Assembly (NCBI GenBank): GCA_963663405.2
Contig: CAXXSM010000109.1
Coordinates: 1 to 64,000 of the forward strand
Direction of reading: 5' to 3'
Origin: a bacterium
GTDB lineage: Bacteria > Hinthialibacterota > Hinthialibacteria > Hinthialibacterales > Hinthialibacteraceae
Length of the DNA: 64,000 bases
Shown piece by piece: positions 52,241-63,912 of the stretch. The first letter of the stretch is position 1. Each line of letters begins with the position of its first letter. The notes under the pieces are model-generated. The model was given only the letters and a program-made list of their open reading frames with translations. It ran no database searches and was not told the origin of the DNA. The translations under genes and the position numbers were made by a program.

Positions 52241-53188
52241 ATGTCCGATAAAAACAACGTAGACCGCCGCCGGTTTTTAAAAACGTCCATCGCTGTTTCA
52301 ACCGCCGCCGCAATTAGTTTTGAAGAAAAAAATTTGCTCGCAAAAATGGCGGACAGCGCGCCAACAACAGGGTCGAGTGGAAATCAATTGCCTTTTGGTA
52401 AGATCAAAGACTTGAAAGTCAGCCGCTTGTTTTGCGGAGGAAATTTAATCGGCGGCTGGGCGCACAGCCGCGATCTCGTCTACGTATCCGAACTCGTCAA
52501 AGCCTATCATACCGATGAAAAAGTGTTTGAAACACTGGAACTGGCGGAAGAAAACGGAATTAACACGATTCTGACCAATCCCACATCCGACCGGGTCATT
52601 AACGCCTATTGGAAGGAACGGGGCGGACAGATCCAATGGTTTTCCGATTGCGCCTCCGGCGCCGATATCAAGGCCGGCATTCAACGCTCCATCGACAACG
52701 GCGCACACGCGGTCTATGTCCAAGGCGGAATCGCTGACCGGGCCGTTCGAGAAGGTAAAGTCGAATATCTTGGTGAAGCGTTGGAATACATCAAGGAACG
52801 GGATGTTCCCGGCGGTTTGGGCGCGCACTGCCTCGAAACGGTGAAAGCCTGTGTGGACGCGGGTTACGAGCCGGATTTCTGGGTCAAAACTCTGCATAAA
52901 GATAACTATTGGTCGGCCACGCCAAAAGACGAACGCCCCAAAGGAAATCTACCCCCTCATGACAACATGTGGAGCACGAATCCCGAAGAAACCATTCAAT
53001 ACATGAAAAAACTCAAAGCCCCCTGGATCGCGTTCAAAGTCATGGCGGCCGGCGCGATTCCTCCAAAAGAGGCTTTCCAATACGCATTTGATAGTGGAGT
53101 CGATTTCGTCTGCGCGGGGATGTTCGATTTCCAGATTATCGAAGACGTCATCATCGCAAAAAATATTCTTAAAAACATCTATTCATAA
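52241..53188 (+). CDS. Tat-exported aldo/keto-reductase-like TIM-barrel protein
   Basis: DRRRFLK Tat motif; VSRLFCGGNLIGG, PWIAFKVMAAG, CAGMFDFQI. Confidence 0.7.
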   Translation: MSDKNNVDRRRFLKTSIAVSTAAAISFEEKNLLAKMADSAPTTGSSGNQLPFGKIKDLKVSRLFCGGNLIGGWAHSRDLVYVSELVKAYHTDEKVFETLELAEENGINTILTNPTSDRVINAYWKERGGQIQWFSDCASGADIKAGIQRSIDNGAHAVYVQGGIADRAVREGKVEYLGEALEYIKERDVPGGLGAHCLETVKACVDAGYEPDFWVKTLHKDNYWSATPKDERPKGNLPPHDNMWSTNPEETIQYMKKLKAPWIAFKVMAAGAIPPKEAFQYAFDSGVDFVCAGMFDFQIIEDVIIAKNILKNIYS

Positions 53189-53387
53189 AACATAAAAGAC
53201 TATTATTTTAATTGGCGCATAGACCAAACCGCATCCATGAATCCTACTCTAACATTGCGCCAGCGCAATAAATAAAACATTTTGTTATTCAAAGACTAAT
53301 AGTCATCTATTTAAATTAAAATCAAACTTCATTTATTCAAATCAGTCTTTCCTTGCGTCTACCCTATAGATTGAAAGGAATGGCGCC

Positions 53388-55574
53388 ATGCGTCTAAGCG
53401 CGTATTCAAGAATGTCTCATCATAAATCCATTTGGATTTCTGTCCTCATCGCCACGTACTTTATGAATGAATCGGTGTTAATCCATGCGCAGGAATCCGA
53501 TCCGATCCTGTTCTGTTCGTTGGATAACGAACAATCGATCGTATCCCCCGCCATCGGCATAGGCGGTTCTACAACATTAATCCCTACTGATTTCATCCCT
53601 AGCGTAACCAATAATGGAGCTGCGCTCATTCGCGATGGCGCGGGAGATTGTACGGAACCGGACTATCAAGTCATTCTCTTTCCAGCCGAATCAGGCGGCG
53701 TGCAAAACGTTGAATTGGACCAGGGCGAACTCGAATTCTGGTATCAACCCAATTACAACGCGGGCGCGGATGACGATAGTACCCATACACTCGTCTCCAT
53801 TGCCATCGACGCTTACAATCCACCCTCAATGCGTTTAACCGAAAGCGATGAGTTGCGTTTCACAATCGTCGACGACGCTTGGAACGTATACTCCGTGTCC
53901 GGCGGGTATCACACTCCTCTTTGGACAACCGGTGAATGGATTCATATTCGCGCAGTATGGGATAATACCAGCGCTGATGACAGCCTGGGATTGTATCTTA
54001 ACGGAATTCGAATCGACAGTGGCGGTGTGGCGGGTGGTTGGGATCTGGGTACGGAGACCGCGATTGGATCAATCATGATCGGCGCGCAGAATTCATGTGG
54101 GATGAATATCGCGCAAGGCGTAATCGATGAATTCATCATCCGAGACGTCCCCCAGCCTCAAACTCCCCCATCTCAATTCTCAACCCCAATCCCGGAGCTG
54201 ACAATCGCCGAAACGCTCATTCCCTCCACACCAGGACCACAGGCTACGCCAACACCCATTCCACCTCTTCCGACACGCGCGCCGGGCGAAGTAGGAATCA
54301 ACGATCCAAACGCGATTCTTCCCCCCGCCCCGTTGCCACTGCAGCCGGTGGGAACTCCATTTATAGATCCGGTGTTCGGAACCACCCTCCGGCGGGTTTC
54401 CGATCTGAGCGAACATGGAGGATTCGAAACACAAATCTATTCCCAACTGCAGGCCTTCTCTTCAGACAATCAATACATGCTTCTCACGAGTGACGTTGAG
54501 TATATAATCCGGCGGATAGATGATCTCAGCGCCGTCGAAGGTCTCGACACATCAGGATGGAATGCCCCCCGCTGGCATCCCGCAATCCCTCACGTCATCG
54601 TTCATTTCGACAGCAACGCAGACACAACCGTCCGCGTGCAATTCACTGATCTGGATTCTTTAATCACCGAAACCGTTTTTACGTTTCCCCCTGAATGCAA
54701 TTACATCCAAGTCAATCCATCGTTCGACGAAATCTCAAAAGACGGCCGCTGGTTGGCGGGATTGGTAAAACGAAATGATGGGGATTTCATGATCTTTTCA
54801 CTCAATCTCGACACGATGACTTTAGGCGCTCAAATGCTCCTATCCGACCTGTATACAAATTATTGCGTACCCGATCCCGAGTGGGGGAAATGTTGAACTG
54901 GATTGGATCGGTGTCTCTCCACTGGGCCGATATCTCGTTGTGCAATGGAAGCGGGATGGAACGCAAAACTGCAGCAGTTTAGAGACCTACGATATCGAGA
55001 CGGGAGATTTCCTGGGCCGTGTCATGGAAGGTCATTCACATGGTGACCTTGGGATACTGCCTGATGGCGTCACCGAGATCTTCATGACAACCAGCGGCTC
55101 TTCTCCAATGGATCAGAACAGGCCCGCGATTGTATACTACGAACTCCCTGGCACAATCCCATCCAGTCCTCCCAACTACTTATTGCCCATCGACTGGGCC
55201 GATATTGATCATCTCTCCTGCCAAGGTCCCCACGGAACCGCATTAGTCTCGTACGGCGGTTGGGAAGGAGCATGGACGCCCTTTGAATTGGAACTCTTTT
55301 TCATCCAAACGGATGGATCGGTCAAGCGATTGGTCCATCATCGCTCCAGCGGCTGTGGCTATTGGGTGCAGCCACGGGCCAGCGCCTCCAGCGACGGCCG
55401 TTATATCCTCTTCGCTTCCGATTGGGGGACAGGAAACCGGCCGGGAACAGCTGCGGCAATGGGAACGATATGGGCGCGGGTGATCCCTACATCATTGACC
55501 TATTCGCCAACTTAACACCCACCCCTACACCACCGGATACAAACGTGAAAGACTGGATCAATCATACCCGCTAA
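53388..55574 (+). CDS. Secreted modular protein (LamG-like domain, Pro/Thr linker, beta-propeller-like domain), two frameshifts
   Basis: GELEFWYQP, GEWIHI..W, GVIDEFII; PTP-rich linker; FIDPVFGTTLRRVSD, HHRS...YWVQPRA...FASDW; G5 to G4 near 54885 restores EWGNVELDWIG. Confidence 0.65.
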
Positions 55575-55720
55575 TCCCTCCATTCCACTTGTATCATTTT
55601 GAATGAAATGACCTTTGCATCGGACATTACAACGCGATAGATTCATGGTAAAGTCTCTCTATACCTATATTCATTTCCCAACACTGACAGCGAATGAAAA
55701 CGAATGGAAGGGAGCGTTCC

Positions 55721-56674
55721 ATGATGAAAGAACAATCATTTTCCCGCAGAACTATGCTTAAGAACGCGGCGATCACTACAGGCGCGCTTTGCCTAAGCGG
55801 TAGTTTAAGCGGAGCGGAAGAAACCAAACCTTCCTCCGCTTTGCATCTTGCGTCGAATCAATACTCATGGCATGTATACTATCAGCGGGACGGACGTGAT
55901 TTCGCCGCGTCGCTTGATGATGGATTAAAAGACGTCGCCGCAAGCGGAATCAACGGTTATGAAGCCAGCATTACTACACCGGATCAAATCACTCAGTTAG
56001 CGCCACTGCTGCGTAAACACAACCTTGAAATGCGATCCATCTATGTTAACAGTGTTCTGCATGATCCAGCGCAGGCTGAAAAAAGCATCGAACAGATCCT
56101 TACGATCGCGAAGAAGGCGAAAGAAATCGGCGTAAACATCTTCGTCACTAATCCCAGCCCCATCCAATGGGGCGGTCAAGAAGCCAAGGACGATAAGCAA
56201 CTCATCACACAAGCGAACGCGATGAACAGATTGGGACGGGAACTCTCATCAATGGGCTTGATCCTGGCTTATCACAACCACGATATGGAACTACAAAACG
56301 CGGCGCGTGAATTTCACCATATGATGGTGGGAACCGATCCACGATACGTAACCTTATGCTTGGACGCGCACTGGGTTTACCGGGGCGCGGGCAATTCCTC
56401 GGTCGCCTTATTCGATATTGAAAAACTATACGCTACGCGAATCACGGAGCTGCACCTCCGCCAGTCGATCAATAACGTATGGGCTGAAACATTCGGCGAA
56501 GGTGACATCGATTATCCTGCCCTGGCGCGGTACCTCTTAAACCTGAATATCAAACCTCACCTTGTTCTTGAACAAGCGGTGGAAAAAGGAACGCCGAAAA
56601 CGATGGATCCAGTAACCGTTCATCAAAAAAGCAGCGCCTACGTCCGGCGGATCTTCGCCGCTTTCGCCGACTGA
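55721..56674 (+). CDS. Tat-exported sugar phosphate isomerase/epimerase (IolE/xylose-isomerase-like TIM barrel)
   Basis: SRRTMLK; LAYHNHDME, LCLDAHW, ELHLRQ, FGEGDIDY, LVLEQ. Confidence 0.82.
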   Translation: MMKEQSFSRRTMLKNAAITTGALCLSGSLSGAEETKPSSALHLASNQYSWHVYYQRDGRDFAASLDDGLKDVAASGINGYEASITTPDQITQLAPLLRKHNLEMRSIYVNSVLHDPAQAEKSIEQILTIAKKAKEIGVNIFVTNPSPIQWGGQEAKDDKQLITQANAMNRLGRELSSMGLILAYHNHDMELQNAAREFHHMMVGTDPRYVTLCLDAHWVYRGAGNSSVALFDIEKLYATRITELHLRQSINNVWAETFGEGDIDYPALARYLLNLNIKPHLVLEQAVEKGTPKTMDPVTVHQKSSAYVRRIFAAFAD

Positions 56675-56716
56675 AGACCATCGTAACTCTAACATACAAA
56701 TGGGGGAGAAGAAACG

Positions 56717-57847
56717 ATGTCAAATGAAATCAACATCGGGATCGTCGGCGCTGGATTCATGGGAAGAGCGCATAGCAACGCCTGGATCGATGTGACGCAC
56801 TCGTTCGATCTGCCTGCAAGCCCTGTGTTACGCGCCGCCTGTGATGTGAACGAATCGATTTTGCATCCGTTCGCAAAGAAATATGGTTGGCAAACCACGG
56901 AGACATCGTGGGAACGTTTAATCGCCCGCGATGATATCCACGCGATCGATATCTGCGTCTCCAACAGTTCTCATATGCCGATCGCCATAGCCGCGGCGGA
57001 TGCGGGAAAACATGTGATCTGCGAAAAACCCATTGCGCGGAACACTCAGGAAGCCCGCGCCATGCTTGAAGCGGCCCAACGCGCAAATGTCCGCCATATG
57101 ACCGCCTTCAATTACCGCCGTGTCCCCGCCATCGCTCTCGCCAAACAACTCATTGATGAAGGGAAAATCGGGCGGATCTTTCATTTCAACGCCGTCTACT
57201 ATCAAGATTGGTTAGTTGATCCAGAGTTTCCAATCGTTTGGCGCCACGACAGCAAAGAAGCCGGTTCGGGCGCGCATGGGGATATGAACGCGCATATTGT
57301 CGACTTAGCGCGCTTCTTATGCGGGGAAGTGGAAGCGGTCTGCGGAGCGCAGGAAATCTTCATCCGCGAACGCCCATTGGCTGATAAAACCGGAACGGGT
57401 ACTGTATCAGCGGATGATGCGATGTTCTTCTTGGCGCGTTTTCACAATGGGGCTCTAGGTTCGTTTTCCGCCACCCGCTTCGCCACAGGGCGTAAGAATT
57501 TCCTCCGTCTGGAGATATTCAGTTCAGAAGGAAGTCTTCTTTTCAATCTAGAACGGTTGAACGAACTCGAATACTACTCCCGGAAAGACACCCCGGTGGA
57601 ACAAGGTTTTCGCACTATTCTCGTCACCGAATCCGCCCATCCTTACTTGAACGCATGGTGGCCCCCCGGCCACATTATCGGTTGGGAGCATACCTTCATC
57701 CATGAAATTCGGGATTTTCTTTCCGCGATTCACACAAACGAATCCGTCGCGCCCGATTTCTATGATGGATATCGCTGTCAGCAAGTTCTCGACGCCGTCT
57801 GCGCGTCGGCTGATGATAAACAATGGACACCCATTCCGGACGATTAA
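56717..57847 (+). CDS. Gfo/Idh/MocA family oxidoreductase
   Basis: IGIVGAGFMGRAHS, GKHVICEKP, FNYRRVPA, GDMNAHIVD. Confidence 0.92.
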   Translation: MSNEINIGIVGAGFMGRAHSNAWIDVTHSFDLPASPVLRAACDVNESILHPFAKKYGWQTTETSWERLIARDDIHAIDICVSNSSHMPIAIAAADAGKHVICEKPIARNTQEARAMLEAAQRANVRHMTAFNYRRVPAIALAKQLIDEGKIGRIFHFNAVYYQDWLVDPEFPIVWRHDSKEAGSGAHGDMNAHIVDLARFLCGEVEAVCGAQEIFIRERPLADKTGTGTVSADDAMFFLARFHNGALGSFSATRFATGRKNFLRLEIFSSEGSLLFNLERLNELEYYSRKDTPVEQGFRTILVTESAHPYLNAWWPPGHIIGWEHTFIHEIRDFLSAIHTNESVAPDFYDGYRCQQVLDAVCASADDKQWTPIPDD

Positions 57848-57915
57848 TTCGTGATTTTAGCGAAGATTCGATCCTGCTCACGATTCTTTACTGAATTATA
57901 TAAGGAGCGATTCAA

Positions 57916-58509
57916 GTGCCTAAAAATTATGGATTTACGCTCATTGAGTTACTAATCGTTGTAGCGATCATCGGGATTCTAGCGGCGATCGCCGTTCCTA
58001 ATTTCCTGAACGCGCAGGTCCGGGCGAAAATCGCCAATGCGCAAGCGGGTCTCAAAGCGTATATGTCAGCGATCGCAACCTACCGAATTGATTGGCCGGG
58101 ACTCCCCAATCACCTAAACGGGCATTTCCCCTGGCAGAATCGGTATCTTACAACACCTGTCGCGTATATGACCGTTTCTCCCAAAGATCCGTTTCAAACA
58201 TTTAACGGTCCTGATCGGTTATCAGGCCCCGTGAAATTGTACACATTCGGCGAATATCACGCGGACGCGGTCTTTGGAGACGAAAACCAAGGTTCGCTAT
58301 ATGGGCGTCTATTCAATACCCCGGCCCTCGCCCAGAAGGCGCTGAACCTAGGTAAAAAGGATGCGCAGTTAGCCTGGAGCTACGGTCCGGATCAATATCA
58401 CACGACCTTTACGCCCACAAGTCCCTCCCAAGCGGATCAACATCCTCACTACCAATCATCAAACGGCGTCATCAGCGATGGAGATATCATCGTAGTTGGC
58501 CCAGGATGA
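57916..58509 (+). CDS. Prepilin-type N-terminal cleavage/methylation domain protein (GspG-like pseudopilin)
   Basis: GFTLIELLIVVAIIGILAAIAVPNF; AAGGAG RBS before the GTG start. Confidence 0.9.
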   Translation: MPKNYGFTLIELLIVVAIIGILAAIAVPNFLNAQVRAKIANAQAGLKAYMSAIATYRIDWPGLPNHLNGHFPWQNRYLTTPVAYMTVSPKDPFQTFNGPDRLSGPVKLYTFGEYHADAVFGDENQGSLYGRLFNTPALAQKALNLGKKDAQLAWSYGPDQYHTTFTPTSPSQADQHPHYQSSNGVISDGDIIVVGPG

Positions 58510-58530
58510 TATGATGTATTTAAAAAAACT

Positions 58531-58736
58531 GGTTTATCCAGTAAGTGAGTATTTTACTAAAAAACGATCCGTATTTTAGAAAAGAAACGAGAGGGTAGCA
58601 AAGGCAAGGTTTTTCATCTGCCTTTGCCTTATTCCAAACCACGTTCGAATAGCGCAATAACTTGTATCCCTCTGATTCATAGTGATCACCATCGACTGAG
58701 ATCGTAAATAAAAAGTACTCACTTACTGGATGAACC
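58531..58736. mobile_element. 206-bp MITE with ~25-bp terminal inverted repeats and 8-bp target-site duplication
   Basis: GGTTTATCCAGTAAGTGAGTATTTT / AAAAGTACTCACTTACTGGATGAACC; AAAAAACT directly repeated at 58523-58530 and 58737-58744. Confidence 0.85.
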
Positions 58737-58779
58737 AAAAAACTTGTATGAGAAATCCAAACAGAAAAGGAAATTAAAA

Positions 58780-59784
58780 ATGAAAACAACCGTTATCATG
58801 AATTGGTATGTCCAAACAGCCTCGATCTGCCTTCTAATTGGCTGCGGACTAATCGCGCAGGCTTCCGATATAAACACCGTGTCGAAGATCCCTGTGATTT
58901 TCGATACGGATATTGGAGACGATATCGATGACACATGGGCGCTTGGATTTCTTCTCCGCTCTCCCGAACTGGACGTCAAGTTAGTCGTTGGCGATCAAGG
59001 CAAATCGGAATACCGGGCCAAGATACTCGCTAAATTTCTTGAAACAGCGGGAAGAACCGATATCCCCGTGGGCATCGGCTTAGATATCAAACCGCAGGGA
59101 GTAGGTGGACAAGCCGAATGGGTGAAACAATACGATCTTAAAACCTATCCGGGTAAAGTGTATAAAGACGGGGTGCAAGCGATTATTGATACCATCATGA
59201 AATCCCCCGAATCGATCACACTCATCGCCGTCGGACCGGTTCCCAATATCGCTGAGGCACTAAAACGGGAACCCGCGATCGCCAAAAAAGCCCGTTTTGT
59301 AGGCATGCATGGCAGCGTCCGGCTTGGTTATGGAGGCAGTAAAAAAATCTCCGCTGAGTATAATGTCCGCGCCAACGCTAAAGCCTGCCAAACCGTTTTC
59401 ACCGCTCCGTGGGATATCACGATCACTCCATTAGACACCTGTGGACTCGTCGTTTTGCAGGGAGAGCGGTATAAAAAAGTCCATGATTCCAACGATCCCA
59501 TCGCTTCCGCAATCATTACAAACTATCGGTTATGGTGTAAGAACCAACAAAATGGGGATGAAAAAGTCGCAGACCAACGGAGTTCCACACTCTTTGACAC
59601 AGTCGCCGTTTATCTGGGATTCTCCGACCGCTTTCTCAAAATGGAAAAACTAGGTATCCGTGTGACAGACGATGGCTATACTGTCATTGATCCTAAAGCG
59701 AAAACAATCAACAGCGCCCTGGAATGGAAAGACATGGACGCCTTCAAAGATTTACTCATTCAACGTGTAACAGGCGGAAAATAA
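58780..59784 (+). CDS. Exported inosine/uridine-preferring nucleoside hydrolase
   Basis: VIFDTDIGDDIDD, IAVGPVPNIA, AEYNV, PLD, LFDTVAV. Confidence 0.88.
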   Translation: MKTTVIMNWYVQTASICLLIGCGLIAQASDINTVSKIPVIFDTDIGDDIDDTWALGFLLRSPELDVKLVVGDQGKSEYRAKILAKFLETAGRTDIPVGIGLDIKPQGVGGQAEWVKQYDLKTYPGKVYKDGVQAIIDTIMKSPESITLIAVGPVPNIAEALKREPAIAKKARFVGMHGSVRLGYGGSKKISAEYNVRANAKACQTVFTAPWDITITPLDTCGLVVLQGERYKKVHDSNDPIASAIITNYRLWCKNQQNGDEKVADQRSSTLFDTVAVYLGFSDRFLKMEKLGIRVTDDGYTVIDPKAKTINSALEWKDMDAFKDLLIQRVTGGK

Positions 59785-59823
59785 CATCGGGCGCCAAATC
59801 CACTGCGGAAAGGAGATCCCATC

Positions 59824-61295
59824 ATGAAATCGAATCAAGTCTCCCGGCGCGCGTTCTGCCAAATCGGCCTCTTGGGAGCCTCCGCGCCGCGTCAAGCGGT
59901 CTCATTTCCAAATGTGATCACAAACAAAAAGAAGAGACCGAACATTCTCTTAATCTTCACCGATCAACAATGCGGCCGGGCGATGAGTGTAGCGGGCAAT
60001 CCCTATCTCCAAACACCCAATATGGATTCCATCGCGAAGCAAGGCGTCTATTTCACTCGTTCCTACTGCTCAGCGCCGGTCTGCGGACCTTCGAGAAGCA
60101 GTTGGATCACAGGTTTGCATCCCCATCAATCGGGCGTGAATTACAACGGAGATTCAATCAAGGATGGAATCCCCACAATGGGATTCATCTTCCAAAACGC
60201 CGGTTACGACACAGGATGGGCGGGGAAATGGCACTTGCCGGACTCATACCCGGCCATCCTGAAACATTGGCAAAAGGAACCAAAACTCGGTTCAATCCCC
60301 GGATTGAAATGCTGCCGATTGGGGGAGACATCAAAAAAACGATCACGTTTGGAGATTTCGCCGACGATCCCGTAGCCGATAGCGCGATCGAATTCATGAG
60401 CCGGAAACGGGACCGCCCGTTTCTACTCGGTGTGTCTCTGCACAATCCACACGATATCTGCCATCAGGTCATGGGAAAACTGATCCCCGATCATCCAAGT
60501 TACCGGACCGAAGAACCGGATCGTTATGATTCGTATCCATCGCTTCCCCCCAACTTCAAACGCGATCCAAAGGAACCGGAATTCATCTCGATCTGCCGCC
60601 GCCGCGAAAAATACGGCCCCGAAAACACCTATACAACAGAGTGGGATGAAACCCGCTGGCGGATCTATCTCTATGAATATTTCCGCATGACGGAACGAGT
60701 CGACCGGACCATCGGGCGGCTTCTACATACCCTGCGGGAAAACGGATTGGAAGATGACACGCTGATTGTATTTACCAGCGACCACGGTGAAGGTATGGCG
60801 GCTCACGAATGGGTTGTCAAATTGATGCTCTACGAAGAACCCATTCTCGTTCCTTTCGCAATACAATGGAAAGGCACAATCCCCGAAGGAGCCATCAATC
60901 GGAAACACTTTATATCTGGTATGGATATTCTTCCAACGATCTGCGAATACGCGAACGTACCTCTCCCCAAACCAGTAACTGGTACCAGCCTGCGCCCCAT
61001 GATCGAATCGCCCGAATCACCGGGGAGAGACTCGATCGTGGTCGAACTTGGATCGGATAAATACAATCACAGCATGCTTGGAAGAATGATCCGTACAGAC
61101 CGCTATAAATACATCGTTTTTTCAGAAGGAAAAAATCCCGAAATGTTCTTCGATCACCAAACCGATCCGTGGGAGAAGCAAAACCGAATCGCAGAACCTT
61201 CGCTTCAAAACACGATCGCTCAACATCGCGCGCAACTGAAACAATGGATCGAAGAGACCGGCGATCATTTTGTCTTCCCCCCGAACATTGGTTAG
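59824..61295 (+). CDS. Tat-exported formylglycine-dependent sulfatase, frameshifted near 60305 and probably elsewhere
   Basis: SRRAF; RPNILLIFTDQ, CGPSRSSWITG (CxPxR), GKWHL, NPHD, FTSDHGE, DILPT. Confidence 0.85.
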
Positions 61296-61305
61296 TCAAA
61301 ACCCC

Positions 61306-62013
61306 CTATTCTTTCCGCGCGAGAACAATTAATTTACGCCCTAACAGCGCATTGAGACTATTCTGTTTTCTCCAGGAATCCCGATCGGCGTTTTTAATCC
61401 AAGATCGTAGATAAAGAATTGGATAGAAAATCAATCCGCTCATAGACGACCGCTGCCATTTATCCGTTTCCACTTCAATCGAAGAAAAACCAGATTCCCG
61501 AAGGCGGTATTCATATTGATCCAGCGTCAAAGGAGTAATATGAAGTGAGACTTCATTCCCCTCCATGTTATAGAGCGGAGGGAACGAGTAAAAATTACCG
61601 CTGAGAAGAAAACGAAGCCGTGACTTCAGCGAAAGAATATTAGGCGTGGAAAAAAGAAAGTATCCACCGGATTTAAGCACACGGGCAACTTCGAAAAAAA
61701 AGGTTTGCACACCGTCTATATGCTCGGTCACTTCCAAAGCAGTCAATAGATCGAAAGTATCATCATCCCAAGGAATATGACTCGCCAGATTCGCTGGGCG
61801 GAATTCAACGCCGGGCAGTTGAAACAATTCCGAATGAAGATCGCAAGCGTTCACCTCATATCCCATATTCTTCAACCGCTGACTAAAAGCGCCCGTTCCA
61901 GCGCCTGCGTCTAAAACACGCTCCAGATGGACATCATCAAAACGGCGGCGAATCAATTTCTCAATATAATTATGGAACCCAGGGATTGTCAATTCTTTGG
62001 GAGATTCATTCAA
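61306..62013 (-). CDS. Class I SAM-dependent methyltransferase
   Basis: VLDAGAGTG, FDLLTALEVTEH, RVLKSGG...STPN. Confidence 0.88.
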   Translation of the reverse strand: MNESPKELTIPGFHNYIEKLIRRRFDDVHLERVLDAGAGTGAFSQRLKNMGYEVNACDLHSELFQLPGVEFRPANLASHIPWDDDTFDLLTALEVTEHIDGVQTFFFEVARVLKSGGYFLFSTPNILSLKSRLRFLLSGNFYSFPPLYNMEGNEVSLHITPLTLDQYEYRLRESGFSSIEVETDKWQRSSMSGLIFYPILYLRSWIKNADRDSWRKQNSLNALLGRKLIVLARKE

Positions 62014-62175
62014 AGTTCAGCTCCAACCAATCGATTATTGATACTCCATCACTCAATTATGAGAAACATTAATCCTACACGATATCAAGTTGTCATAGGT
62101 AATGCAATGGATAGAAAAAGACAAGTACATTCACAAATCGGATGAATACACAATTAATCCCAACAAACACGCGCC

Positions 62176-63912
62176 TTAAAACTGACTTTCACCATACATC
62201 CGTTTCTTCACATTCCAAACCGTCAACCAATACAGACAGAACGCGCAGATCAGTTTCCATGTGAGATGCCATGTGTAAACATCCATCCACGTTAAATTCA
62301 CATGATAGGAAACATAATTTGTATACACGCCGAAGAGATGCCGCAACGATACCAAAGGAAGAAAGACAGTAAAAAACAATCCGCTTTCCGGCTCTATAAC
62401 AATCGGATAGAAAATCCCACAATGAATCAATACCAGCGCGGCGCTTAATCCAATCGAAATCATTCGGCGTCCAGCCAACGCGCAGGTCGATAAGGCGAAT
62501 CCCCAGAGAAAATAAAACAAAGCGGACACATACCCAGCCAGCGTGACCACCGAAAACAAGGGAGGATCAAACCGCAGTGGAATATCCTTTCCATTATCAA
62601 ACAATCCAACAAACAAAATAGGCGTTATCACGCAAGCAAAAAGAAGATTGAAGACCGACATCCCCGCCAGCAATTTCCCCCTCACGATCTGTCCGGGACG
62701 AAGCAGCGCGAGTGGCAGCAAATGGGTTCTCAACTCACTCCAATCATTGACAAAGGCGAAAAGCGCGTAGGGAAGCGTCAGGAAGGGGACTAGCAGCAAA
62801 GGCCAATACTGCAGCAGTTCATTCACCTGAAATTTACGCTGATAAAGATTGTTTTCGTTTATAAAAAATGTATGCGCATACAACAAATAACAGGTCAAGA
62901 AAAAGACAACAGGAACAAGCAAACCAATAAAAACTGCATAATGGGTAGCGAATCGCCTTTGTTCCTTCCAGAAAATTGGATTGAGACGATCGGCGATATG
63001 CGTTTCCGTGGAAGGAACGAACGTGCGGTAAAGCCAAGAATGCCGCAACTCGATAAATAAAAGAGAACCCATCGTTAATATAAAGCATGGAGGAAAGCCA
63101 CCCTCTTTCCGGCGCTTAAAATAAATCGTACAAACATTGTGCAGCAAAAGAAAAAGGAAAACGAATCCTATACTATACATCAACGGCAAGATCAATTCGT
63201 ATGGTAGAGAATTACAATAAAACAACACTACCAAGACGGCGTAATTGCTAAGCAGTGAAAGCGGAGAAACAAAAAAAGAAGTGTCTCCGAGTCCATAGGG
63301 GACAAGACATAGAAATACGTATAGAAACAGACAGATCAAACTCGCGCAGATCGAGTAAACAACTCGCTTACATTGGATGGAGAAGCACAAACTCACATAC
63401 CCGGCAAATAGACTCAGTTCACTCAAAAAAAAGAGAACAGAGAGCCATTGCAAATAGGAAATATCATCGCGGATAAGAACGATACCATACAAAGGAAGCA
63501 GGAAACCAGTACTATACCAAGCCAGAAGAATGCAAGAAAACACTTTCCCCCTAAGAATCCTCCCCAGTGTCATCGGAGCCGCCAGCAGCACACCCAGCGT
63601 ATCCCGCTCGCGTTCATAATTGATCTGAGATCCCGCAAACAATGCAATCAGAGAAACCAACGCAATTCCATAAATGAATGTCAACGTTACAAGAATTGTT
63701 TGAGAGGAAAGAAACCGCGCGCCAGTCCGGGATTCCAATCCAATCCATGTCAAGGAGAGAAACGCGCTTAAAACAAACAACCAGCGTACAATCCGGAAAA
63801 ACAGCCAATCCTTCCGGATCCGCATCAAAAAATCGGGCGCCAAAAAGGGATTCAGAGTGATGAAAGCGCCGTGCAGGCGCTCTTTCATTGATAGGGTGAT
63901 ACGAGTACTCAT
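62176..63912 (-). CDS. ABC-2 type permease-like membrane protein with two repeated halves
   Basis: ERERDTLGVLLAAPMT..ILRGK and a second copy LLPLALLRPGQIVRGKL; NP motifs; many TM helices; start uncertain. Confidence 0.75.
   Translation of the reverse strand: MSTRITLSMKERLHGAFITLNPFLAPDFLMRIRKDWLFFRIVRWLFVLSAFLSLTWIGLESRTGARFLSSQTILVTLTFIYGIALVSLIALFAGSQINYERERDTLGVLLAAPMTLGRILRGKVFSCILLAWYSTGFLLPLYGIVLIRDDISYLQWLSVLFFLSELSLFAGYVSLCFSIQCKRVVYSICASLICLFLYVFLCLVPYGLGDTSFFVSPLSLLSNYAVLVVLFYCNSLPYELILPLMYSIGFVFLFLLLHNVCTIYFKRRKEGGFPPCFILTMGSLLFIELRHSWLYRTFVPSTETHIADRLNPIFWKEQRRFATHYAVFIGLLVPVVFFLTCYLLYAHTFFINENNLYQRKFQVNELLQYWPLLLVPFLTLPYALFAFVNDWSELRTHLLPLALLRPGQIVRGKLLAGMSVFNLLFACVITPILFVGLFDNGKDIPLRFDPPLFSVVTLAGYVSALFYFLWGFALSTCALAGRRMISIGLSAALVLIHCGIFYPIVIEPESGLFFTVFLPLVSLRHLFGVYTNYVSYHVNLTWMDVYTWHLTWKLICAFCLYWLTVWNVKKRMYGESQF

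Noticed and set aside
54160-54345. Pro/Thr-rich low-complexity stretch as a tandem repeat locus
   Set aside because: An ordinary interdomain linker with no exact DNA periodicity
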